Of a stretch of 64,000 bases of DNA, positions 1 to 19,359 are shown piece by piece. The position numbers and the translations under genes are program-made. The notes beneath the pieces were generated by a model. That model saw only the letters and a list, made by a program, of their open reading frames with translations. It ran no database searches and was not told the DNA's origin. Source of the stretch: the human T2T-CHM13v2.0 reference genome, Homo sapiens; the NCBI RefSeq assembly GCF_009914755.1, contig NC_060927.1; one strand, given 5' to 3'. Numbering within the stretch: the first letter of the stretch is position 1; each line of letters starts with the position of its first letter.

Positions 1-12
1 ACCATTGGACAC

Positions 13-191
13 CACTGTGTTTCCCCAACAGGCTGATCATCAGCATCACCTGGGGAGATAAACACACATTTCCAAGCCCCACTCCACACTTTCTGCATCA
101 AAAGACTGTTCTAGTGGTGAGGTACAAAAACTTGTGCTTTTAGAAAACACTCTTTAGGAGATTCTGAAGATCAGTGAGGTTGGGAACTATC
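13..191. mobile_element. MER5A-like hAT-Charlie DNA transposon remnant
   Basis: Contains 'catcagcatcacctgggga' and ends 'gattctga...ggttgggaacta', resembling the recalled MER5A consensus. Confidence 0.6.
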
Positions 192-564
192 ATAATTGAT
201 ATTAGTAATGAAAAATTTAAGTCATTAAAGAAAAGGTTTAATTATTTTCTGTTTAAGAAGGCAGGTAAACAAAGAATACATCATGTTAAGGTTTCCACCT
301 AAAATAGTTAATATTAATAATTAAAAATTTTGTTGCTTAGGGGAGATAAACTTAGCTGTCTGGAAAACATACTGAATTTGATTAACTGATTGCTTAAGGT
401 TTCAGAAAACTGAGATTTTACCACTGTCATCTAGGCCTGCAACCTTAGAAGATGGCAGGCAGATAAGCTTCTTTGATCATGCACAGTCCTTACTTTTGTG
501 GTCTTTTTTCCACTATGTTCAAGTCTGAGCTACAATATTGAATAGTCCTGTCAGTTTAGTAAAA

Positions 565-1430
<866 letters not shown>

Positions 1431-1704
1431 GTTCTATGCTTTTTGGTGTGACTTTTATTTTTTTAACTGAGATTTTTCATATTTTTATTAATTGTAAACA
1501 TATTTCCTTTACATCCTTGAGCATAATTTTATAATTACTTTAAAACCATTGTCTGCTATATCTAACACCTGGGTCATCCTGAGGTCACACTTATTTACTG
1601 TTTCTTAAGTTGTGTTTTTTCTGTTTCTTCATATGTTAAGTAATTTTGGATTGTATCCTGGACATTGTGAAAAATACATTGTTGATACTCTGGATTTTGT
1701 TATT

Positions 1705-2335
1705 TTAAAAATTGTGGTAAAATTTGCAAAACATAGAATTCACCATTTTAACTGTTTTAAGGTACAATTCATTGGTGTTTAGTACATTTGCAACATTGTT
1801 TAACTATATCACTATCTAAATCTAGAACATTTTCATTACCTTAAAAGGAAACCTGTACCAGTTCACCACTCTCTCCCCATTCTTTCTCTATCCCCATCCC
1901 CTGGCAGCCACTAATCTTCATTCCTTCTTCATAGACTTGCCCACTCTGGATATTTCATATAAATATAATAATGCAATATGTGGCTTTTTGTGTCTGCCTT
2001 CTTTCATTTAGCTTGTTGTTTTCAAGGTTCATGCATGTTGCAACACATATGAGTACCTTATTCCTTTTTTATGGCTGAATAATATTCCACGACATGGAAA
2101 TACCATGTTTTGTTTATCCATTCATCAGTTGATGGACATTTGATTTGTTTCTACCCTTTGGCTACTGTAAATAGTGCTGCTAGAAACATTCATGTAGAAG
2201 TTTTTGTTTGAATGTCTATTTTTAATTTTTTTAATACATACTTAGGGGTGCACATGGTAAATTTATGTTTTACTTTCTGAGCAGCTGCAAAACAATTTTT
2301 CTAAGCAACTGCACAATTTTATTTCCCACCAAAGT
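1705..2335 (-). mobile_element. L1MB-type 3' end
   Basis: 'attgtggtaaaat...caccattttaact', 'ttttatggctgaataatattcca', 'gttgatggacatttg' match the antisense L1M 3' UTR/ORF2 end. Confidence 0.8.
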
Positions 2336-2339
2336 TCAG

Positions 2340-2770
2340 CCTGAGAAAACTCCTGAGCATGTGCGAAAAAGAAAAGAAGAAAAGAAAAGTAAAGAAAAGA
2401 AAAAAGGAAAAAGGGCAAGCTCCTGAGTGGATCTCTCAGGGAGCCACCAGACAGGTAAAAACATACAACCAAAGTTTTTGAGAACAAGGTCCATATTGAT
2501 CTCTCTGGCCCTTGCAAGCTGCACCAGGAATGTGGGCTGCCATTTTCATGTCCACTGCCTGACTGGGGAAGTGGGAGATGGTAGATGGGTTAAAATGCTA
2601 CGACACTCTTTTATCAAAGTTTAGCAACTTCTTTCTGTTTAAGTTTTCCCATCATTGTTGTAAGTTTTTTATTAGATTCCAGAGTTCTGAAAAAGTTGAT
2701 TCTAACATTTTTTTGGCTTAATTGTTACTTTAATGGAAGGACTGAGTTTTAGAGTTCCCTACTCTGCCAT
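2340..2770 (-). mobile_element. Old L1M 5' region fragment with (AAAAG)n
   Basis: 'tccagagttctgaaaaagttgat' is the reverse complement of the motif in the L1M 5' piece near 25120. Confidence 0.45.
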
Positions 2771-3164
2771 TTTTTGTAATATCAGTCCTGTTATTTATTT
2801 GGAAGATATTGATTTCTTTTGTTTTATCAAGTGGTTATTTTGACTCAGCTCAAACTAAAAAGTTGGCCTTCCTGTGGAGAATGATAGCTTTAATTTCAGT
2901 TTGTTATTTTATCTTATCTGGTCTGGCTGACATTTGTCCTGTACAAACATGGTATAAAAGTCAGCCAGAGATTTGGGCAGAGTTTATACACAAAATTTGG
3001 GACACTTTTTTATGGCTGTTTTCTTTCTGGGATGTCTTTTACTCTGCAAATCTTGTGGTTACCTTGATGCCCAGAGTGGGAAAGTCCATGGAGAAAGTAG
3101 CTGGTTTCAGTTTTTAGTTATCCAAATGTCATGAACTTGGGCCTCGGTTTTTTGCCTTTTAAGA

Positions 3165-4458
<1,294 letters not shown>

Positions 4459-4542
4459 ATTGTCTTTAATGAAAAGAGGAGTCAGTAGGGTGAGGTTTCA
4501 GGCATCATCTTGTAGGGAAAGTTGTATTGAGTATTTGGCATC

Positions 4543-4920
4543 CGTATTTGTCTACTAGTGGTACCATAACAAAATACTTAAGCCTGGGTGGCTTAAGCAA
4601 CATAAATTTATTTCTCACAGCTCTGGAGGCTGGAAGTAGCAGATCAAGGTGCTAGCAGGGTTGGTTTCTCCTGAGACCTCTCTCCTTGGGATGCAGATTG
4701 CTATCTTCTTCCTATGTCCTCACTTGGCCTTTCCTCTATGCTTGTACTCCCCTGTAGTCTCTTCTTATAAGGACACCCATCCAATTAGATTAGGGCCACA
4801 CCCTTATGATCTCATTTAACATTCATTACCTTTTTAAAGGTCCTGTCTCCAAATACAGTCATATTGGGGATTAGGGCTTCAACATATGAATTTTGAGGTG
4901 ACACAATTCAATCCATAAGA
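4543..4920 (-). mobile_element. MLT1A-type MaLR solo LTR
   Basis: 'tttatttctcacagctctggaggctggaag...ttagggcttcaacatatgaatttt...gacacaattca'; 5-bp near-TSD gcatc/acatc. Confidence 0.85.
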
Positions 4921-5779
4921 ACATCTTCTTGGTCTCCTGATAGAATTGAAATCAAAGAAAGCTGTGCTTGTTCTTACTAGGCAGGTATGCAATTTTTTTA
5001 AAATAAAGGATAAAGGAAAACTCAAAATCAGCTTCTCAAAGAAAATACCTGTATTGTGTCACTAGCCACTCCTGCCTGGTTGAGTGACAATTGGATACAA
5101 GAACTTTCTTTGGATTTGCTTTCCTGTTAGTGAAAACAAGAACTTGTTATACAGAAGCAGTCAACTGAATATTTTCAACTGATTACTAGTATTTAAAAGC
5201 AAAGAAGTTATAATAGGAGTTAAAGTTTATGAATGCTTTTTTTCCTCTCGAAGTAGAACAAATGTAGATGCTGCTAGCAATGAAGAATCCAGAATTCTTA
5301 GAATTTATTTTACAGAGGGAAATTGAACTACTCAATAAATATCATATTTTCCTCTTAGATGGTGTTTCTGTATGCATATACTGCCTCAACTGGAGAATGT
5401 TCTTTGAACACAAATATTTCAGACTGGTGTCAGAAGTGTCAGGCTGTAGCAGATGTATTTAGTTATGGTAAAGCTAGTTAAGTTCAATGTTTTCAGAATG
5501 GGAGGGTGCTCTTGACTTACCAGTCCATGTCACTAGATTCCTAGCAACATGCTGCCTCATTGTCCATTTACCCTTATCCTCTTGAACAAGAAACTGGCTT
5601 CCACATGTTGCTAATCAAGAACTCATCCGTTGTGCCAAATTCTAGGCCTGCTTTAACGATTTGTGAGCCTCCTAAGGTGGTTTTATTGGTTCACTTTGTG
5701 CCAAGTCAAGGGGATTGTATTTCCCTTGCCAAAATATTGGGACTCACGGTCCTGATAATGGGATAGAAAAATCAAAATT

Positions 5780-6142
<363 letters not shown>

Positions 6143-7111
6143 CTAAAAGGACAGACCTAAAATGCCCAGCAGAGAAAGTAAGAGTATAATGTATTGTCTT
6201 TTGGTCTGAACATTTTATGGGGAGCAAGCCCTCTTGAAATGGATTGATTCTGAATATTCTGTACATCTTTGGAACAACTTTAGAAATAAAACAGAAGGTT
6301 CCGGTTCAATTAAGACCCTGATAAATTAATTAGAATACCCATGAGAAGTCCACAGCTTCAAGTGCGCTTTTTAAAACTCATAGCCAATATGAATGTTTTT
6401 CACCCTGCTTTCTAAAATCCTTTAAAGCAAACTATAGGAATCTTTCATTTGGTTGTGTTTCTGACTGAATTACTGTCTGCTATTTGAAAATCATAATTAG
6501 TTTTGAAATTTACATTTAAATATAAATTTTGCACTACTACACTGATTGGTCTGAATCTAGAATAAGAAGAGAATTATTCTTATAGTTTGGTCTTATTATT
6601 AACTCCAATGCTTCATCTATTACATGAATACCAAATGTATCTTTAAAACCCTGATTGGTGTACAGAGGATTCAACTACTTGTTATTCTTTCCTCAGCTCT
6701 TCTTATCTACAGCACCTCTCATTTGTTAGGACACAGTTTTAATTTCCGTAGCCACTGTGGTTTTTCTGTGCTTTCTTAAAGGAAAACCGCTAAGGTTGAT
6801 AGGTTCAAATTAGACTTTTCTTCCTAAGTGCATCTATGCTTGCCAACATCTTCCTGCTTCCTTACATGCTTTTGATTTTCATGCTTGATGCACTGCCAGT
6901 TGACTTAAGGACCAAGCAATTACAATAATATCAGTCCTTAGATCTGATTGTATAAATCCAGAACAGTATGCTACTTTTCTTTGTACTTAAAGAGTATAAC
7001 AAGAAGAGTGCCCAAGAATCAATTTAAGGACAATAAATTGTTGAGTTAAAGCATCACTATCATTAAGAGGTATTTTCAAAATGCTTGGTATTTTTCAGTG
7101 GATGCAATAAT

Positions 7112-7260
7112 TAGATCTAGGTTCTCAGCTCACTCCTTCCATGACTTATTGGGCAACTTTAGGTAAGTCACCCTAATGCCCCTGAGCTTCCTCATTTGTA
7201 AAATGAGAGGTTGAACTGGATGTTTCTTCAGGTTCTTTTAGATTCCTAAATTTTCTGATT
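7112..7260 (+). mobile_element. MIR (MIR3-like)
   Basis: Core 'ttcctcatttgtaaaatgagaggttgaactggatg'. Confidence 0.7.
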
Positions 7261-7344
7261 AATAAAATTATTCTGCAGAGTAGTTTTTCAAGTTAAATCC
7301 ACTTCGATGAATGAAAATGGAAACACAGTGGTATTAAAACTAAC

Positions 7345-7491
7345 TTAGGAGCAATGTCAGCAAGATGGCAGAATAGTTTTTCAGCCCCCTGTCCCTTCAC
7401 AGAAACACCAATTCTGACAAGCATCATAGATGAGAGTACCTTTGTGGGAGCCCAGATTTCCAGCAGAGAGTTCTTAGCACCCCATTGGAGG
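7345..7491 (+). mobile_element. Old L1M 5' UTR fragment
   Basis: Starts 'cagcaagatggcagaatag' (YY1-type L1 5' start), cut off by the LTR. Confidence 0.55.
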
Positions 7492-7909
7492 TGAAAAAAA
7501 AAGAAAAACTTCAGCTGAATTAAATTTAAAGGAGTTTAATTGAACAATGAGCAATACGTGAATTGGGCAGCCCCCAGAATCACAGCAGATTCACAGAGAA
7601 TCCAGTGCAGCCACATGGTAGAAGTCGATTTATAGACAAACAAAGGGAAATGACATACAGAAATTGGATGTAAGGTACAGAATGGCTGCATTGGTTATAG
7701 CTCGGCATTTGCCTTATTTGAACATTGTTTGAACACTCAGCAGTGTATGCATGGTTGAAGTATGACTGCTAGGGTTGGCCAAGACTTAGCTGTTATTACA
7801 GATGTATCCTCCTAAGTTAGGTTTTCAGTCCTAGGTTGCTGTTAATCTGCAAGGACTCGGATATAGAATTATGGAGTACTTCTCAGGCCATAATTAGTTT
7901 GCTTTAACA
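7492..7909 (-). mobile_element. MER57-type ERV1 LTR (3' LTR of the provirus)
   Basis: TG...CA termini; minus strand reads 'tgttaaagcaaactaattatggcctgagaag...aatttaattcagctgaagtttttc'; polypurine tract 'aaaagtggggaat' directly adjacent. Confidence 0.85.
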
Positions 7910-10900
7910 ATTCCCCACTTTTGGTCATTTACTCAATTTTGAGAGATTGACCAAAACTTTAGTTATGGATGTCACTATCACCATTGTCAATGTACTTATT
8001 TGGTCTTGAAACCCAGTGGAAAACAGTAGACCAGTGAGTTTTGGAAAGGTAGGAACAAGGACTGAGTAGAGGGACCTCCTTATGCTGGAAAGTCCTGTTT
8101 ACTGGAGAAAAACAAAACCTGATCTGTTCTAGGATCTATGTGTTTTCTTAAAGTCTTAGTTTGATTATGTCACTTTTAGCAAGAGTGACTCCATTTTAGT
8201 TTAGCTTGGCCGATTGGGGCCTAGTATGTGAAGTTAATCCAAAACGATGGCCTCCCATAATTTTGTTTAAAAAATTCCCCTCTTTTGGTCAGGTTCTTGC
8301 TTAGGTGAGAGTGTGACCAAAACTTAGGGCCTTAGCGCCACTCTTTGTTACCATCATTTTGGGTTTCCCATCTCAGCATATCATTCATAGGTTATGGTAT
8401 CCTTATGGTCACATATTTCTTTCAGCTTTTGTCATTCCAGTTGAAGAGAGACCATTTGATGTTCTAGAGATGGCTGCATACAAACATTTAAAACCTTTGA
8501 GAGAATACAGCGCACTATTATTGTGACTATCAGGAGGATAATGCCAAGAGTTTAGAGTAAGCTCCTTACTCAGGGTCGACATAAACCAAATCACCAAAAA
8601 TCAAATAGAAAAAAGAATGAGCTAGATAAAGTGACTACTCACTTAACTAACCAATCTCTTCATTAATCCCCTACAAATGAATCTCTATAATCTTCATTTG
8701 ATGTATTTCTTCATAGGCCACAAGTGTCAGCAGTGGCACAGATAGTTTTCTGTTTCGCCAATTCTATTATTTAGCATAACCTTTATAAGAGAATTTAAAG
8801 TCTGTTGTGTAACCACAGCCTTTACAGTAAAATCTGCTATAGAGCCTATCATGAGGGGTACATTTCTAATTATTGCCTCTTTTATTCTGAACCATGAAAA
8901 AAGGACCTAACAAATGATGTCCTTCTAGAAGAGTGAAGGCCTCCTGGCAATGTTCTCTTTTACCCATGATGTGGGTTAAGAGGGGTTTTGACTGATTGTG
9001 AGGCAATGTATGTGCCGTTAAAGTTTCTCACCTACATTGGGTCTTCATCTTTTATCTATCAAAGTATAAAGTTATTCATGTATAAGGCTGGCTGCAAAAT
9101 CCTTCACAAATCAAAGTATACCCTATAAGTGCACATAGTAGACCCCCTTTTCATTTCTGTTGTTCATAGAGACATAAATAAGGAAAAAATATTCAAAGAC
9201 AAGAGTCTCATGCTAGTAGAAGTCTTGATCCATGATCTTGGGAAAAGCTGTTAACATCAAGGATACCAGTTTTACCTTAAGGGTTCCAATGGGTGTACAG
9301 TTCCAAGAGTGTGGAGGGACCCTTTTCAGTTGTGAGACTATGAACCCAAGATTCAAGGTTCCAAAGTTTTGTTGCAGGGTGGATGGCAAGGACAGTCTTT
9401 CTCTGATATTCTCAGAAGATCCAGTCTTCAGGGTCTAGATTGTGAAGGGGTTGGTTGTTCTTAATGAACCGTAAAAGCTTTCTTTACCTGGTGAAAATAT
9501 ACTGTGGCCTAATAATTAACTGTTATAACATAAAACATGCATTGAAAATGACAATTGAATGAAATCTCTTTATAAATGTAAACAGCCCATCAGATAGCCA
9601 AATGTACTTGAAGGTTTGATTGTCATCCTAGGAATATGGAACCAAATATTGGTTTTAAACTATTTTCACAATTTATAAGTCACTACGTCAATATATTTAA
9701 TTTAGATCATTTTATCTTTTCCATGATGAGTCATGGAATGCAGAACCTTTAATAACAAAAGCTTTAAGGATTCAGGAAGGACATGGTGGATGCCCTGGTT
9801 CTCCATGAGTCCATCCTTAACATTGGACTTATGTCCTCTTGAATACCAGTTGTTTCCCCAGTTTAGGTGCATAGCACTGATAACTAATGGGTTATCATAG
9901 GTAATTTGACTTAGACCATGGAGTTCAAATTGTATATCTAAACAATTTCAGTATCAGCTGGTTTAACATGAAAATCTGGCAAAGTATTTTCCTGGTATTT
10001 AATTAATTTTTTGTTCTACTTGGATTAGCAGTTTTATACGAGGAAATCTGGTAATTTCTGTGGTGTAGAATAACTTCACATAATAACCATAATTATGATT
10101 GATAGCATATACTCAGACATGTTAGAATTTTAGAAATCCCATCCAAGTTTGGAACATATATTAATATCATTCACTAAAATATAACCTGAAAATTAAACAT
10201 TATTTTTATTTTGACAATGCTTCCCATGTAACTTAACATGTTAAATAATTCTGTTTATGTCTCTTTTGGATGTTTCAAGGGCCCTCTGTAGCACTTCAAA
10301 GAGGTCAGAAAAGACTGTTTTGAAGCTGAAATTTGATTTTGGGAAGCCTATTAAATATGTTAAAGGTTTAAAACACTTGATATTATGAACTAGAATCCCA
10401 GGCTACCATAAGTCATTCAATTAGCAAAAATGATGACTCAAAAATTTTTAAAAAGGCAAAAACCTTTACTCATTGATAGAGGGAAGACTTAGATTTCCAA
10501 GCAATCTATGTTTTGTCTTTCCCTTCCTTTTTTTTTGGTAGTGTATTTAAAAGTCAAACAAAAAATATTTATTATCTTTTAATATTCCATGAAAATCTTG
10601 TTCAAGAGAGAAGCCAAATTTCACCTTTGCATTAGTGGACTATTAATGTCAACCCCAATTTTTAATAAAACCTCATAGACAAATCTATCCAACCTTAATC
10701 AGTTTGACCATAAGATGAGGGTTTTATAAACCTTTTATAACCCCTTACAAATTTTTGTTATTAAAAAGCAGATTAGTGCTTTAAGAAAACCCTGTTCTGC
10801 TTTTATTTCTATGTTTAATTTATGGAAAAACTGGATAATACCCCTTTAAATTTAGTCAATATTTTCATACATAGAAATTATTTTACAAGATTAATTTTTA

Positions 10901-12243
10901 CAAACCTTCCACAACTTGTTCAAACCTTTAGATTTTTCCTATCTCACTTAAAGCAATCCTTTAACCCATTAAACTTAAGCAAAAGAATTTCACATTCCCA
11001 TGACTTTTAATAATCTTTTACCAAAAACACATGTCACTCTCTTTACATGCCTTGCATGTAAAACTGTTTTTTCAGTAGTTTCAAATACATGTTACACTGT
11101 TAACCCTTAGTGACTTTTACTTTTGGTGGAAAACTCTGATTAGTTTAGGATTTTAATTATGTACTAGGTGTTGAGCCTAGGACCTAGACAGAAATACAGA
11201 TAAGATCTGACTCTTTCCAGCATCTCGCTCCACATATCCCAGGCCTTAACTAAGTGTAAAGCAGTCAAGTTGTACAGTTAATGATCATAGTGGCATTTTA
11301 TAAAGCATTTAGGAGGCCTAATCAGCTTTAAATTGCACAACATTTCTTGCATAAATTCCCTTTCACAAATTATTTCACAACTTACATAGAACATCTTATG
11401 ACATGCTTAGACTTTTTGAATTGTCCTAAACATTCCTCTTTTTAAACAACCAGTCATTTTTACTTTAGTTTTAGGACAAGAATTTACCATAAAAGATCCT
11501 TTCTTATATAAAATCTCTTTTCTTTAGTACCTTCTTTGCATAGCTAGGGGGCATGGCTAATTTCACATGTTCCCAGGCCTAGGATCTAATGCTTCAAAAT
11601 AAATTGAACAATATTTTAAAAGCCAAAGAAGCAGTTTATGACTTTAAAGCATTTAGCAAACCTAATATCTGACCTGCATAATTTATACCAAATGTTTACA
11701 TTTTGAAGACATTTTTATTATATCAATAATTTTTAAAACTGTCTTTATTTCCCAAAGATTACTTAAGTCATATGAGGTAAAAGGCATTAAACTTTTTACT
11801 TTTCTGACAAAATATTTGATTTAAGCTTGTATTATTTTTAAACCAATTAGTTAAAGCTCTTTCATATGTAAACATCATGCACATAATACATATAAATACA
11901 TAGACAAACAGAAGATAAAGGACTCATTTTCCAAGCCAGGAATTGGACCTTAAACCCAGGTCACCATTGTGAAAAGAGAAAGCAGAGCCACATGGTTACA
12001 AGGTCAAGCTCCCAAGGACATGACTGACCAGTTTGCTGAGCCATCTTGCAAAGCAGGCTTACAGGTGTCCTAAGCCCATGTTCTATCCTAAGGTACCCCT
12101 CTTTATGCTAAAACAATACAGAAAGACATACAAAACACACCATATTGGTTACAACTTAAGATGAGCCTCACAAGCCCTTTTTCCCATTTATCAAAACTTT
12201 ACAGGAGATAAACAGTGATTTTTATCATTTATTCAACCAGTTT
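7910..12243 (-). mobile_element. MER57/MER4-group ERV1 internal region, truncated (no 5' LTR)
   Basis: PPT next to the LTR, AT-rich MER4-group-like internal sequence, integrase remnant; no second LTR in the window. Confidence 0.75.
9302..9438 (-). pseudogene. Retroviral integrase C-terminal remnant
   Basis: Manual translation: LDPEDWIF*EYQRKTVLAIHPATKLWNLESWVH, frameshift, VSQLKRVPP; resembles the gammaretroviral IN tail (L.P.DW...KL....W.H.S.LK). Confidence 0.6.
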
Positions 12244-12655
12244 CCCCTAATGTGAACATCTTACATGAATATGATATATTTGTCAAAACTAAGACATGAA
12301 CTCTGGACAGGTAACTATTAACTAAATTAGAGACCCTATTTGCCTTTCACCAGTTTTCTCACTAATATCCTTTTTCTGTTACTTGTTTTCATGACTTTGA
12401 TAGCTTTGAAGATTACTGCTCAGGTAATCAAAGTCAGGTAGTTAAAGTCCTTCACTTTGGGTTTGTCTGATATTTTTTAATTATTAGACTGGAGTTATGG
12501 GTTTTGTGAAACAATACCACAAAGGTAAGGTGTTCTCTCACTGCATTATATTAGATGGTACATTATATTAACATGACTTACCACTGATGATATTAACTTC
12601 AATTTCTTGGCCAAGGTAATGTCTGCTAGGTTTCTCTACAGAAAATTACTATCTT
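12237..12655 (-). mobile_element. L1MC-type 3' end (left part; host of the L1PA)
   Basis: 'ccagtttcccctaatgtgaacatcttac...tttgtcaaaactaaga'; resumes after 18680. Confidence 0.7.
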
Positions 12656-12877
12656 CCTCTTTTTTTTTTTTTTATTATACTTGAAGTCCTAGGGTACATG
12701 TGCACAATGTGCAGGTTTGTTACATATGAATACATGTGCCATGTTGGTGTGCTGCACCCATTAACTCGTCATTTACATTAGGTATTCCTCCTAATGCTAT
12801 CCGTCCCCCCTCCGCCCACCCCATGACAGGCCCCAGTGTGTGATGTTCCCCACCCTGTGTCCAAGTGTTCTTATTGT

Positions 12878-16550
<3,673 letters not shown>

Positions 16551-16613
16551 TATGATGTTACCTGGTTATTTTGCTCATTAGTTGATGCAGTTTCTTCCCA
16601 AAATTGATGGTCT

Positions 16614-17637
16614 TTACAATTTGGCATGTTTTTGCAGTGGCTGGTACCGGTTGTTCCTTTTCATGTTTAGTGCATCCTTCGGGAGCTCTTGTAAGGCAAG
16701 CCTGGTGGTGACAAAATCTCTCAGCATTTGCTTGTCTGTAAAGGATTTTATTTCTCCTTCACTTATGAAGCTTAGTTTGGCTGGATATGAAATTCTGGGT
16801 TGAAAATTCTTTTCTTTAAGAATGTTGATTATTGGCCCCCACTCTCTTCTGGTTTGTAGAGTTTCTGCTGAGACATCTGCAGTTAGTCTGATGGGCTTCC
16901 CTTTGTGGGTAAGCTGACCTTTCTCTCTGGCTGCCCTTAGTATTTTTTCCTTCATTTCAACCTTGGTGAATCTGACAATTATGTGTCTTGGGGTTGCTCT
17001 TCTCAAGGAGTAGTTTGTGACATTTTCTGTATTTCCTGAATTTGAATGTTAGCCTGCCCTGCTAGGTTGGGGAAGTTCTCCTGGACAATATCCTGAAGAG
17101 TGTTTTCCAACTTGGTTCCATTCTCCCCGTTACTTTCAGGTATACCAATGAAATGTAAATTTGGTCTTTTCACATAGTCCCATATTTCTTGGAGGCTTTG
17201 TTCATTTCTTCTTATTCCTTTTTCTCTAAACTTCTCTTCTCACTTCATTTCATTCATTTGATCTTCAATCACTGATACTCTTGTTCCACTTGATCGAATC
17301 GGCTACTGAAGCTTGTTCATGCATCATGTAGTTCTTGTGCCATGGTTTTCAGCTCCATCAGGCCATTTAAGGTCTTCTCTATGCTGTTTATTTTAGTTAG
17401 CCCTTCATCTAATCTTTTTTCAAGGTTTTTAGCTTCTTCGAGATGGGTTTGAACATTCTCCTTCAGCTCTGAGAAGTTTGTTATTACCGATTTTCTGAAG
17501 CCTACTTCTGTCATCTCGTCAAAGTCATTCTTCATCCAACATTGTTCCGTTGCTGGCGAGGAGCTGCAATCCTTTGGAGGAGAAGAGGTGCTCTGATTTT
17601 TAGAATTTTCAGCTTTTCTGCTCTGGGTTCTCCCCAT
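16614..17637 (-). pseudogene. Disrupted L1 ORF1
   Basis: MGRTQSRKAENSKNQ... and RRATPRHIIVRFTKVEMKEKILRAAREK...YPAKLSF, split by stops and frameshifts. Confidence 0.9.
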
Positions 17638-18237
17638 CTTTGTGGTTTTATCTACCTTTGGTCTTTGATGATGGTGACCTATAGATGGAGTTTTGGTGTG
17701 GATGTTCTTTTTGCTGATGTTGATGCTATTCCTTTCTGTTTGTTAGTTTTCCTTCTAACAGTCAGGACCCTCAGCTGCAGGTCTGTTGGAGTTTGCTAGA
17801 GGTCCACTCCAGACCCTGTTTGCCTGGGTGTCACCAGCGGAGGCTGCAGAACAGCAAATATTGCAGAACAGTAAATGTTGCTGCCTGATCCTTCCTCTGG
17901 AAGCTTCGTCTCAGAGGGGTACCCTGCTCTATGAGGTGTCAGTCAGCCCCTACAGGGAGATGTCTCTCAGTTAGGCTACTCGGGGGTCAGGGACCCACTT
18001 GAGAGGCAGTCTGTCCATTGTCAGATCTCAAACTCCATGCTGTGAGAACAATTGCTCTCTTCAAACCTGTCAGATAGGGGCATTTAAGTCTGCAGAAGTT
18101 TCTGCTGCCTTTTGTTCAGCTATGCCCTTCCCCCCAGAGGTGGAGTCTACAAAGGCAGGCAGGCCTCCTTGAGCTGCAGCAGGCTCCACCCAGTTCGAGC
18201 TTCCCAGCCGCTTTGTTTACCTACTCAAGCCTCAGCA

Positions 18238-18420
18238 ATGGCAGATGCCCCTCCCCCAGCCTTGCTGCCACCTCGCAGTTTGATCTCGGACTGCTGTGCT
18301 AGCAGTGAGCAAGGCTCCATGGGTGTGGGACCCGCTGAGCCATGTGCGGGATATAATCTCCTGGTGTGCCGTTTGCTAAGAATGTTGGAAAAGTGCAGTA
18401 TTAGGGTGGGAGTGTCCTGA
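18238..18420 (+). CDS. L1 ORF0 homologue (60 aa, prematurely stopped) in the antisense 5' UTR
   Basis: gcaATGg start; MADAPPPALLPPRSLISDCCASSEQGSMGVGPAEPCAGYNLLVCRLLRMLEKCSIRVGVS* aligns to primate L1 ORF0 (MAGAPPPASLPPCSLISDCCAS...); expression unknown. Confidence 0.6.
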   Translation: MADAPPPALLPPRSLISDCCASSEQGSMGVGPAEPCAGYNLLVCRLLRMLEKCSIRVGVS

Positions 18421-18679
18421 TTTTCCAGGTACCGTCTGTCACGGCTTCCCTTGTCTAGGAAAGGGAATTCCCCAACCCCTTGCACTTCTCGGTTGAGGCG
18501 ATGCCCCACCCTGCTTTGGCTCACACTCTGTGGGCTGCACCCACTGTCCAACAAGTCCCAATGAGATGAACCCAGTACCTCAGTTGGAAATGCAGAAATC
18601 ACCTGTCTTCTGCGTCGCTGATGCTGGGAGCTGTAGACTGGAGCTGTTCCTATTCGGCCATCTCGGAACGATCTCCATG

Positions 18680-19075
18680 ATCTTCCCCTTTTCTTTCTTT
18701 ATTCTTTGGAAGCTATACACTAAGTTTAGTCTAGACTCCAGAGGACTTAAATTAAGCTCCACTTCTTGAAGAAGAACTATCTACATATATTGTTTGGAAT
18801 TCTTCTGTGAAGAAAATGTATCCCTTCACTCCCATTTATTTAGTAATATATTTATGTAAGTATTGATCCATACATATTTATTTTATACTTTGGGTTACAA
18901 TCCACTACTATTTTATTTATTGCTCAAATTGTTCCAGTTTTGGCCATTTGTAGTTCTTTCAGGTGGGCTTTTGTGTCTTTTAACATATTCCTGGCATGTC
19001 ATCTGGCATTACAAGAGTTCCAGGCTTCTCTTGTATTTTCCCCTCCTCAGACCTTAGAAGAAGCTATTTTCCCAA
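18680..19075 (-). mobile_element. L1MC-type 3' end (right part)
   Basis: 'attctttggaag', 'tttattttatactttgggtta', 'gctcaaattgttccagttttggccatt' continue the element split by the L1PA. Confidence 0.7.
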
Positions 19076-19359
19076 ATATTATCCAAATAAATGTTTCCAA
19101 ATGTTGCTTCCTCAACATTCATTCCTTTTTCTCTTGGTCACTACCTGATTTTCACTTGAGTATCTACTCCTTTTTGACTCAGCCCGTGTGTTTGTGGATA
19201 CTTGACTTCACCCCTGACACTAGGAACGGATCTGCATATGCAGCAATGCAATCTCATCACCTCGCCAAGGTGTAGGTTTAGAGGTGATACATAGGCTAAG
19301 GAATGGGACAAAAGCACTGCAAAAGATGTTTTCTGGCAATATCTAAGAAATAGTCTCTT

